Assembly: GCF_001194135.2 (NCBI RefSeq)
Contig: NC_068982.1
Coordinates: forward strand, 10,069,977-10,133,976
Length of the DNA stretch: 64,000 nucleotides
From: Octopus bimaculoides
Taxonomy: Eukaryota
Reading direction: 5' to 3'
Shown here: positions 11,600-22,292 of the stretch, in pieces
Layout: each line of letters opens with the position of its first letter
Numbering within the stretch: position 1 is the first letter of the stretch
Notes under the pieces: generated by a model
The model's database searches: none
Seen by the model: only the letters and a program-made list of their open reading frames with translations
Told to the model about the DNA's origin: nothing
Program-made: the position numbers and the translations under genes

Positions 11600-12480
11600 A
11601 CATAGTAGATTATCATTAGTTTGCTCAGAGCATCAACATGCCTGATGAATTATTAGACATGTGAGTGATTTCAACATCTTAAATCTTATTGGGTTAATAT
11701 CAAAGTCGATCTTGCAATTCACAGAAAAAAAAATCCCCTTTAAGATTCAAGCTCCTTCAAAGGATGAATTGTGATGGCTGATGACCAGAATCCAGTGAGA
11801 AAGATTTTTCTGATAGAAAAGGTTTCATTCTTTGAAGATTACATCAGAATTACCTTCTCCAACGTCTCCAATATCTTTGAAAACTATCAAGTTTATGATT
11901 AACATTTTGTCGAGGCTTTCCCTTTTGAGATAATATTCTTGCTGTGGCCAATTGTATGACATCAAAAATAACAGCTGTTTCACACACAGCAGAGAACATT
12001 GTTAAAAATGTATTGTGTATGAATTTCTATTGTTTTCTTAAAAACCTGCTCTTGGTGTATTTCTCAAAAATATTCTTTTCACTACAATATGAGGTCTGCA
12101 ACATTTGGTAAAAACTGACAATGGTAGTTAATTAATCCTAAATATTTTGCAGATTCTTCTTTCAATTTAGGGATAATATTCCATTGGATTTCTCTATTAG
12201 ATAATGGTTAGATCACATCAATTCTCAGGGAATGTATGGAAGATAAATAATGAATGCATTTATTTAGATCAATCAATGCATCAGCTTCTTTCAATTTCCT
12301 TTCAATAACTACATTTTTTTCACTGCTTCAGTTATTCCAGGTTGTTGTAAAGATTAGTATGTCATCCTCATAGATAAAGTATATACCGTTAATTCTTTTC
12401 AATGGAAGCTTAACACAATGTGGTGGAAATGGAGCTGCTATTTCAAAGAGCCATTGACCAAGTGAAGACCATCATGGGTA
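11600..12480 (-). pseudogene. Decayed Ty3/Gypsy pol fossil (RT - RNase H)
   Basis: Motifs in correct order on the minus strand: IYEDDILIFTTTW (YxDD, 12361-72), RKLKEADALIDLNKCIHYL, ILSQKGKP...KLDSFQRYW, MKPFLSEKSFSLDSGHQP, IARSTLILTQ*DL, HVDALSKL (11617-40). Confidence 0.75.
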
Positions 12481-12754
12481 TTTATTGCATGCAATATATT
12501 CTTAAAACCAGTCTGGGAATCACCACCACCACCACCACCATCATCATTTAATGTCTATTTTTCCATGTTAGCATGGGTTGGACGGTTTTGACAGCCACTG
12601 GCAATGTCAGAAGTACTAGGCTCCTATGTTTGTTTTGGCATGGTTTCTACAGCTGGATGCCCTTTACAGTAAGTACCGGGTGCTATTTACATGACTCCAG
12701 CACCAACAAGTTTAATAAATATCTTGCAAACAAATGAATAAGCACAACCTCCGA

Positions 12755-13502
12755 AAATTAGGCCTCACCGAGGCAATGACTTGTGACCGAGATCTTTGGA
12801 AATATGCTGTGCATGTGAAGACCCGGCAAGCCAAGTGAGACCAAAATCCAAGGCCTCTGCCAGGGATGTAGCCAGTCCACTTACGCATAACATTCCTTCA
12901 TTGGACACTAAACTCCACTTGCGAAGACCTGTGGAGGCAAGTGAAATTGAAATCGAACTAAATTTGTAGACTGGCACACTTGCCAACGTCTTCATTGAAC
13001 ACTAAACTCGGCTTGCAAAGACCTGTTGGGGAAAGCGAAATCGTGATGGCACATGTACCAGTAGAGCACTAAGAGCACCGTTTGAGCATGATCGTTGCCA
13101 GAGCAGCTGTCTGGATTTTGTGCCAGTGGCATGTAAATAGCACCATTTGAGCGCAATCGTTACGAACATCGCCTTCCTGGCACTTGTGCCAGTGGCACGT
13201 GAAAAGACATTTGAGCGAGATCGTTGCCAGTGTTGCTGGACTGGCTCCTGTGCAGGTAGCACGTAAAATACACCATTTCGAGCATGGCCGCTGCCATTAC
13301 CGCCTGACTGGCCTTTGTGCCGGTGGCACATAAAAGCACCCACTACACTCTCGGAATGGTTGGCGATAGGAAGGGCATCCAGCTGTAGAAACACTACCAA
13401 ATCAGATTGCAGCCTGGTGTAGCCACCTGGTTCCCCAGTCCTCAGTCAAATCGTCCAACCCATGCTAGCATGGAAAGCGGACATTAAACGATGATGATGA
13501 TG
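12755..13502 (+). mobile_element. RTE LINE 3' end: ORF2 C-terminus plus full 3' UTR with five ~65-bp repeat units
   Basis: KLGLTEAMTCDRDLWKYAVHVKTRQAK* followed by the UTR ending ggacattaaacgatgatgatga. Confidence 0.9.
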
Positions 13503-13559
13503 TATATATATATATATAGATATATATTAGAATATATATGTATCATCATCATCATCATG

Positions 13560-13603
<44 letters not shown>

Positions 13604-13623
13604 TATATATTAGAATATATATG

Positions 13624-13654
<31 letters not shown>

Positions 13655-13733
13655 GTATATATATGTATATAGATATATATTAGAATATATGTGTGTGTAT
13701 ATATATATAGATATATGTTAGAATATATGTGTA

Positions 13734-13764
<31 letters not shown>

Positions 13765-14000
13765 CAAACTATANNNNNNNNNNNNNNNNNNNNNNNNNNN
13801 NNNNNNNNNNNNNNNNNNNNNNNNNNNNNNNNNNNNNNNNNNNNNNNNNNNNNNNNNNNNNNNNNNNNNNNNNNNNNNNNNNNNNNNNNNNNNNNNNNNN
13901 NNNNNNNNNNNNNNNNNNNNNNNNNNNNNNNNNNNNNNNNNTATATATATTAGAATATATGTGTGTGCGTGTGTGTGTGTATATATATATGTATGTATGT
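13503..14000. repeat. (TA)n/(GA)n microsatellite field spanning an assembly gap
   Basis: TA-rich repeats on both sides of the N run 13774-13941. Confidence 0.9.
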
Positions 14001-14017
14001 TATTAAAGGAAAAAAAT

Positions 14018-14119
14018 CAAAACCAAGATTTCAAGTCATTTAGAATAATTTAATTAGGGTAAGGTGAATTCACCCTACCCTAATTAAATTATTCTAAATG
14101 ACTTGAAATATTGGTTTTG
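14018..14119. repeat. 102-bp near-perfect palindrome centred on GAATTC
   Basis: 49 of 51 positions pair about the centre 14068/14069. Mismatches at 14062/14075 and 14027/14110. Confidence 0.95.
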
Positions 14120-14312
14120 CCTTGTTTTTGATTTTTCCATTGAATTAAATATATACATGCTATAATGGTACCCTAAAGGGGATCCCGAGATCCAACCTTA
14201 GCTGTGATCTTGGAACCTAATGACTGACCAACTATAGCACTTACCCAGGGTACCTATTCATTTAGATCACAAGGGAATTAAACTTCTCATATTCTATGTA
14301 TATATATATATA

Positions 14313-15141
14313 TTCTTTTGCTTTTCATTTGATTGTAGCCATGCTGGAGCACTGATTTTAGTCGAACAAATTGGCCCCAGGACTTATTCTTTATAAGCAT
14401 AGTAGTTATTCCATCAGTCGCTTCTGCTGAACCACTAAGTTACAGGATCGTAAACACACCTACATTGATTGTCAAGTGATGGTGGGGGACAAACACAGAC
14501 ACTCAAATATCATCATCATCGTCATCATCGTTTAACGTCCGTTTTCCATGCTAGCATGTGTTGGACAGTTCGACTGGGGTCTAGCAAGCCATGAGGCTGC
14601 ACCAGGCCCCAATCTGTTCTGGCAATGTTTCTACAGCTGGATGCCCTTCCTAACACCAACCAGAGTGTAGTGGGTGCTTTTATGTGCCACTGGCACAAGA
14701 ATCACAGGAGCTGGCATCGACCACGATCGGATGGTGATATTTATGTGCCACCGGCATGGAAGCCAGTGAAATATATACACGGATATCTCATTTTTTTGTC
14801 TCTCCTTTTTTTACTCTCCCTTTTTTTTCTCTCTTTGTTTCTTTCTGTGGAAGAGCATAGGCTCAAAACATTAAAGATTTTTTCAATTCCCGAGCGTTAT
14901 ACTAATACATCTATTTGTTTTCTACACCACCTGTCTTCATCTATTGTTTTTTTTGTGAATTCTCCATATATATATCTACGACAGGCTTCTTTCAGTTTCC
15001 ATCTTCCAAATCTGCTCACAAGGCTTTGGTCGGCCTGAGGCTATAGTAGAAAACACTTACCCAAGTTGTCATGCAATGGAACTGAACCTGGAACCACATG
15101 GTTGGTAAGCAAGCTACTTACCACACAGCCATTCCTGTGCC
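14313..15141 (-). mobile_element. Family A SINE interrupted by an RTE 3' end (14510-14775) and a Penelope-pLTR-like piece (14790-14980)
   Basis: The SINE tail half (14313-14510) and head half (14985-15141) are collinear and flank the two inserts at the central microsatellite. Confidence 0.8.
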
Positions 15142-15499
15142 TAGAAATTCTAGTCTGTGCATTTTCTTTGTTGTCAGTCAGCAAATATTGTTTTTTTCTT
15201 CTTTTTCTGCAACTAAATCCCTTTGATTTGGAAAACTTTGTCAAGAAATCAACTTTTTACGTTAGATTGAGTTTGGTTCTTTAAGTGGGAGGAAGAAAAC
15301 ATTCATTGGAGAAATTGGTAACAATTTTCTGATGGTAATTTAAAATAAACAACATTTAATACAACAGTTGGTTCTTAATTAAAGGTTGCCCAAAGATATT
15401 TTGATTACACAACCATTAGCAACGTTCAGTGAAGTTAATTGGCAAAATGGAAGAGTAAATGAGAGTAGAAGATGCCAAGATGATGAAGAAATGCCATAG

Positions 15500-16040
15500 C
15501 AACAAAAGAGTCAGTGAATCATCATCATCATCATAACCATCATCATCATCATAACCATCATCACCATCATCGTCATCATCATCATCATCACCACCACCAC
15601 CATCATCATCATCATCATTAGCATCACCATCATCATCGTCACCATCACCAAGTTCATCCTCATTCTTGTCAATGTNNNNNNNNNNNNNNNNNNNNNNNNN
15701 NNNNNNNNNNNNNNNNNNNNNNNNNNNNNNNNNNNNNNNNNNNNNNAATGTCGTCTTTATCCTCATCAGTGACATCATCATCATCGTTGTCATTGTTGCC
15801 ATTGTCATCGTTCTCTTCAGCATCATCACTGTCATCATGATCATTGTCATTATTCTTGTCACTGTTGTTGTCCTCATCAGTGCCACTGTCATTGTTGTCA
15901 TCATCAATCATTACTCTTTTACCATTGCTGTCCTCACCATCGTTTTCATTATCCTCTGAACCTCTGTCATCAGCATTCTTATTGACATCGTTATCATCAT
16001 CATCATTGTAATTATCATCATCATCATCATCATCTTCAAG
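15500..16040. repeat. Degenerate (CAT)n/(ATC)n trinucleotide array
   Basis: Long catcatcat/cgtcat/cattgt run spanning a gap. Confidence 0.9.
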
Positions 16041-16240
16041 AATAGTAGTGATAGCACAAGCAATATTTTCGTGACCCTTAAGGTACCAACCTAGCAGAAT
16101 TGTTACCATGCCAGACGTGGCTGTGTGGTAAGGAGCTTGCTTCCTAACCACATGGTTCTGAGTTCAGTCTCACTGCATGGCATCTCAAGTCGACCAATGC
16201 CTTGTGAGTCGATTTGGTAGACAGAAACGGAAATAAGCCC

Positions 16241-16466
16241 AGCAAGATGGCAGAAACGTTAGCATGCTGGGCGAAATGCTTAGAGGTGTTTTGTCTGTCA
16301 TTATGTTCTGAGTTTAAACCCAGCTGAAGTCGACTTTGCATTTCATCCTTTTGGAGGTTGATTAAATAAGTACCAGTTATGCACTGGAGTCAATGTAATT
16401 GACTTAAGCCTTTTGTCTGTCCTTGTTTGTCCCCTCTAAGTTTAACACCCTGTGGGCAATAAAGAA

Positions 16467-16470
<4 letters not shown>
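16241..16470 (+). mobile_element. Family B SINE with tail type 1
   Basis: ggcagaaacgttagcatgctgggcgaaatgcttag...gtcgactttgcatttcatccttt...gtccttgtttgtcccctc...gtgggcaataaagaaata. Confidence 0.85.
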
Positions 16471-16498
<28 letters not shown>

Positions 16499-16514
16499 TT
16501 ATGTGTGTGTATAA

Positions 16515-16720
16515 AGTCCCATGGCTTAGGGGTTAGGGTGTTGCGCTCATGATTGAGAGATCATGGGTTCGATTCCCAGACCGGGCATTGTGTTGCGTTG
16601 TGTTCTTGAGCAAAGCACTTCATTTCAAGATGCTCTACAATAATTTCAACATCTGACACGTGGCACCTGTTGCGCCTGTACAGGTAATGTCAATTTGACA
16701 GAGGAAGTCTAATGACTGAA
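16515..16720 (+). mobile_element. Family F tRNA-headed SINE
   Basis: A-box-like tggcttagggg, B box gggttcgattccc, then gttcttgagcaaagcactt. Confidence 0.7.
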
Positions 16721-17640
16721 ACAGATAAAAGAAAAAACATGAACAAATATCTGCCGACCAATAATCTCACAATAAACCAGAACATTGCATAAACATTGTC
16801 AATGATCAGACAATGTTAATAATAAAATAATGAAAGCAATATTTACTAAGCAAGTGAGAACTATTATGCAAAGAAATAATTAGATGTAAAATATAAAAGT
16901 TATTAGAATTGGGAATCAAATGTGAAAATATTATCAAGGGGCCAACAGAAAACCACCCGGAGGGCAGTCTTTCTGCTAGTTGTTAATAATAAGTATAAAG
17001 TGTCAAAGAAAATGCTTTCCAATATTTAGTCTTGGTAGGGCAGCGAGCTGGCAGAAACGATAGCATGCCAGGCGAAATGCCTAACGGTATTTCGTCTGCC
17101 ATTATGTTCTGAGTTCAATTTCCACCGAGGTCGACTTTGCCTTTCATCCTTTCAGAGGTTTATAAATTAAGTACTAGTTGCATACTGCGGTCAATCAAAT
17201 NNNNNNNNNNNNNNNNNNNNNNNNNNNNNNNNNNNNNNNNNNNNNNNNNNNNNNNNNNNNNNNNNNNNNNNNNNNNNNNNNNNNNNNNNNNNNNNNNNNN
17301 NNNNNNNNNNNNNNNNNNNNNNNNNNNNNNNNNNNNNNNNNNNNNNNNNNNNNNNNNNNNNNNNNNNNNNNNNNNNNNNNNNNNNNNNNNNNNNNNNNNN
17401 NNNNNNNNNNNNNNNNNNNNNNNNNNNNNNNNNNNNNNNNNNNNNNNNNNNNNNNNNNNNNNNNNNNNNNNNNNNNNNNNNNNNNNNNNNNNNNNNNNNN
17501 NNNNNNNNNNNNNNNNNNNNNNNNNNNNNNNNNNNNNCAATGAGGTTAACTTAGCTTTTTATCTTATCGAAGGTGGAGTGATAAAAAATAAAAAGAAAAA
17601 AAGCTCTCAACAAATTGCATTGATTTAATCAACAATTTGC

Positions 17641-18295
17641 ATTCTTTTCTACTCTAGGCACAAGGCCCGAATTTTTGGGGAGGGGGGAGCCAGTCGATTA
17701 GGTCGACCGCAATTTGCAACTGGTACTTAATTTATTGACCTTGAAAGGATGAAAGGAAAAGTTGACCTCAGTGGAATTTGAACTCAGAACGTAAAGTCAG
17801 ACGAAATACTGCTCAGCATTTTGCCCGGCATGCTAACAATTCTGTCAGCTCACTGCCTTAAAATATTTTTTTCTACTCTAGATACAAGGCCCGAAATTTT
17901 GTAGAGGGGACCAGTAGATTAGATCGACCCCAGTACACAACTGGTGCTTAAGTTATCGACCCTGAAAGGATGAAAGGCAAAGTCGACCTGGGCGGAGTTT
18001 GAACTCAAAACATAAAGACAAACGAAATACCACTAAGCATTTTGCTTGGTGTGCTAACGTTTCTTATTTCTTTATTGCCCACAAGGGGCTAAACATAGGA
18101 GGGACAACCAAGGACAGACAAAGGGATTAAGTCGATTGCATCGACCCCAATGCGTAACTGGTACTTAATTTATCGACATCGATAGGATGAAAGGCAAAGT
18201 CAACCTCGGCAGAATTTGAACTCAGACCGTAGCAGCAGACGAAATACCGCTAAGCATTTCACCCAGCATGCTAACGATTCTGCCAGCTCACCTCT
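17641..18295 (-). mobile_element. Three tandem family B SINEs
   Basis: Copies 17641-17861, 17868-18060 and 18061-18295, each with aaaggatgaaagg(a/c)aaagt...atttgaactc. Confidence 0.9.
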
Positions 18296-19377
18296 TTCAA
18301 CAATTTGCATTTACCAAATGTAAGATCTTGAGCTTAACTTTGAAATAATCACAATTATTATTCTAAAAGACAATCCTAATGGATTTTTAAACTCTTAAAT
18401 AATTTAATATGTTGCGCATATGCAGTTCTCATTAATATACAATGTTTAATATATTATCATCGATCTCACATGAATTATCTAACTGAAACCTCTGCAGTTT
18501 AGTATTCTGTAACTTTTAACATCTGAACTTGACTTGTACACTTATATCTCTATCGAGATCTTTTCTGTAACAATTGCCTTATTGTTCACTCAGTACCTAG
18601 AGTGATATAATTGCTACAATCTATGTCCTTTGAATCTTCTGGCCCTGCAAATTAGCTAATTGGTTTGAAATTTCCTAACTCTTTGTCAAATAGACTTAGC
18701 TCTAGTCAAATATAATGATGCTAATATTAAAAAATAATCAAAACAAAACAAAGCAAAAAAACCCCTGAAACTTACCAGAGAAACAAAAAGAGAATGAATG
18801 CAAATAAAGGATATTTTTTTGTTTTTTTAACTGCAAGCTAAACAGCTGTAAGTTTTTTTTTCTGTTTATTCCTTTTTTTATATTATTGGAACACGTTCAC
18901 TTAAGCTAATGGTCTTTTCCCCCATTGCCAAGGGGGAATGAATACATGCGGATTATTAATTTGTTAATTGTATAAATGATCAATTCATATTAAACATAAT
19001 GTTCCAGTCAGGCTAATATAATGTGCATCCATGCGTGAGTACATTCATTTATTTATATTTTCTTATCAATTAAACCTTAGAATCCAATTTTGGTCTGATT
19101 GTAGTAATTGCAGTTAATTAAGCCTAGCTGATTAATGGAAAGTAATGTTTTCTCGCAGGAAAAGGGGCCTCACATTTTAAGGGTGGATACTGCAGTCAAT
19201 TGGTAACTTATTTATCATTTGAGAGGCTTTCTGATGGGCACGGACATGCCTGTGGACTTAAGGGTCTTCTATTACAACCCAAGCTGATTAATGTCTTTGG
19301 AGTGAATTTGGCTTGGGTGACAGAAACTGTGCAGAAGCCTAGAGGAATTGGTAAAGGGTTTGAGGCTTTTGTTGCTC

Positions 19378-20080
19378 TTCTACTTTTTTACTCTTTTACT
19401 TGTTTTAGAAATTTGACTGCAGCCATGCTGGGGCACTGCCTTTAGTCAAGCAAATCGACCCCAGGACTTATTCTTTGTAAGCCTAGTATTTATTCTATCA
19501 GTCTTTTGAGCCGAACCGCTAAGTTACTGGGATGTAAACACGTCATCGGTTGCCAAGCAATGTTGGGGGGGGGGGTGACAAACACAGACACTCAAACATA
19601 CATTCACATACATGCATATATGTTTTATATACATATATTTGGCATTAGGAAGGGCATCCAGCTGTAGAAACTCTGCCAAATCAAATTGGAGCTTGGTGCA
19701 GCCATCAAGTTCACCAGTCCTCAATCAAATCGTCCAACCCATGCTTGCATGGAAAGCGAACGTTAAACGATGATGATGATGATAATGATGATATATAAAG
19801 TAAAAAGTAAGAGTCAATAGGAAGAGATAGCTTTTTAATCGCTAGAAATGTTTCGATATATACAGATCCTCGTATATACAGGATCTAAGTTTAAATCCTG
19901 TATATTTAAAGTTTAAATTAGTTTAAATTAAATTATGTAACGATTTACCTGTATAAGAAGATCAATATGTATCTCCTGAGGCGATACTCAGATGCTGTTT
20001 CCGTAAGTAAATTTAGATTTCCATGCTACAACATCCATGTGGTTGGTAAGCAAGCTACTTACCACACAGCCACTCTTGTG
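19378..20080 (-). mobile_element. Family A SINE pieces interrupted by an RTE tail (19630-19790, +) and a fold-back element (19800-20030)
   Basis: SINE tail 19378-19615 and head remnant 20030-20080 (catgtggttggtaagcaagctacttaccacacagccactc). Confidence 0.7.
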
Positions 20081-20114
20081 CTATTGTTTCTTAAAGAATC
20101 ACAGTGTTTAGGGT

Positions 20115-20420
20115 TTTCACCTGAGTGGTTAGGGGATTTATGATTGTGAGGCCAAGAGTTCGATTCCCAGTGACATATTATGTCCTTGAGCAAAGCACTT
20201 TACTTCATGTTGCTCCAGTCCGTTTGGCTGGCCAAAATGAATAGCATTTCAAAGAACCAGTTTTTTTGTCACATTCTGTGTCATGCTGAATTTCCCTGAG
20301 AACTACATGGACGGTGTGCATCTCTGTGGAGTGCTCAGTCAGTTGCAGATTAAGTCTATGTGCAGGCTCTTCTGTTGATCAGATTAACCGGGACCTCATC
20401 ATAGTAACCAATAGGGTGCC
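20115..20420 (+). mobile_element. Old tRNA-headed SINE related to family F
   Basis: gagtggttag...gagttcgattcccag...gtccttgagcaaagcactttacttcatgttgctccagtcc. Confidence 0.6.
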
Positions 20421-20439
20421 TGTCACTGCAATGTAGTGA

Positions 20440-20760
20440 GAGATTTGGGCCTTACATGTGGAAGACCTGAGAGGAGCTAGAGAGGAGTAAGGCAAGCATG
20501 GTCCAACGAATGTACAATGTTTGTGAACTGAGAGAAAACTTGAGTGTAAGAGAAATCAGGTGTTGTATACAAGAGAGAAGATTGCATTGGTCTGGACATA
20601 AATCATATGGAGGAATGACTGCAGCATTAGAAAGTCTTGTGTGCTTCTGATTAGCAGGAACTTACAGAAACCAAAGTAGAAAAATCGAATGAAGAGAGAA
20701 AGGCTGAGCAAAGGACCACACTGACTGGCAATGTGTTGTACTACAAAAGACCAGTACATC
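20440..20760 (+). pseudogene. Decayed RTE LINE ORF2 C-terminal fragment
   Basis: WALHVEDLR...ASMVQRMYNV...LSVREIRCCIQERRLHWSGH, homologous to LQERRLHWYGH at 52379-52620. Confidence 0.75.
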
Positions 20761-21339
20761 AATGGTGACATATACCCTAACTCAAGGGTAGTGTTTAAGG
20801 CTGCAACAGTTCTAGGTCGTACCCATATTTCCTGTCCTCTCTCTTCACATCCTTGCCACCAGTGATGCACCCCATTTTTTCCCCATCTCCTCCTCATTCA
20901 CAGCCTTCCATCTTTCTTCTCCCCACCATTTATACTTATACTTGTTCCATTATCCGTATGTGATACATTCCGAAAAATTCTTCATAAGTACCGCATATTA
21001 GACTATTTCCTGCTAAGAGTTAAACTAAACGAATGTGACAGCCATTATGTCATTTGCTTAATGTTAATGTTAAATGCATTTAAATATATACATCTGTATG
21101 TATGTATATATTATCATCATCTTCATTTTACGTCTGCTCTCTATGTTAGCATCATCATCATCATCATCATCATAATAATCATTGTTCATTCGTCTTCCTA
21201 TAAAGTGTCTCGCCATGTTGTAGCTTTCACCTTTTCTGTGTATTTCTTTTTCTGTCTGCCTACTTTGCTGGTCCTTCCAGTATGGATGTCCTGATACTCC
21301 TTTAGCAGTCAGACATCATCCAAACCTATTTATCTATCC

Positions 21340-21408
<69 letters not shown>

Positions 21409-21410
21409 CC
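21340..21410. repeat. (TATC)n tetranucleotide microsatellite
   Basis: Direct observation. Confidence 0.95.
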
Positions 21411-21434
21411 TACCTTCCTACCCACACATACACA

Positions 21435-22292
21435 CAGTGTGCGATGGGTAAATTGTCGTCATTTTATATTTTTAATTTCGTGAATGCACATTTGTTTGTT
21501 TTTGATTTTGTTGACTACACAGTATAATAGGGTCAGCTGGGTACTGCCTGTGAGAAAGGCAGCACAATGACACAATTCACTCTGCCAGAAATTTGGAAAC
21601 GACATGCTGTACTGCTTGGCATTTGTGCCAGAAGCTCTAATACAAACATTTCAGAGTGTCTGGATGTCAATCAGAGGACATGTACTGAGAGTGATAAAAA
21701 TCAAACATCCAGTCAACATCATGGTGTTTGGAGTGATCACTAGTGATGGCGACGTCATGCCTCCATTCATCTTCCCACATGGCCTCACACTCAACATAGA
21801 GACCTACATCAACTGCCTGGAGGAGGTAGTGCTGCCCTGGGTAAAGAGGATGGCTGTTGGAACACCCTATGTCTGGCAACAGGACTCTGCACCATGCCAC
21901 ACAAGCAGGAGAACCCAGTCATGGCTGTCAGACAATTTCTGCATCCACATCACCCCTAACATCTAGCCACCTAGCTCCCCAGACTGCAAACCCCTTGATT
22001 ATTATGTGTGGGGCGCAGTTAAGCGAGAGACCAACAAAACTCCTTCTAACACCAAAGATGAACTGAAGACAAGGATTATGGCAGCATTCCCCAACTTAAA
22101 TGAGGAGATCGACCAGAAGAGTTGCAGGATATTCCGAAGTCATCTGGAGGCCATGGTTGGAGCCAATGGTGATCTTATTGAATAAATTTACTCTTTAGTA
22201 TTTCAAGATATTTTAATGTAATTTTGGTAAATGTATCTGTTGAAATGAGATGTCAGTGTTATTTTCATTTTTGTGTAATTTAGACAACAATA
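21435..22292 (+). mobile_element. Internally deleted Tc1/mariner-superfamily DD37D (maT-type) transposon
   Basis: ATG 21567 (MTQFTLPEIWKRHAVLLG), then IMVFGVITSDG, YVWQQDSAPCHT and I*PPSSPDCKPLDYYVWG, with 37 residues between the second and third Asp. Stop 22183-85. Left TIR cagtgtgcgatgggtaaattgtcgtc and partial right TIR gacaacaat. Confidence 0.9.

Noticed and set aside
13055-13340. CRISPR-like repeat-spacer array
   Set aside because: The spacers are homologous to each other, the array is inside a eukaryotic RTE 3' UTR, and there are no cas genes.
15416-16151. Long Asp/Asn-rich ORF resembling acidic biomineralisation proteins
   Set aside because: It is the GAT frame of a degenerate (CAT)n array, which cannot reach a stop by a single substitution. 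Its start lies in an antisense SINE head, it spans a gap, and it has no splice or signal-peptide support.
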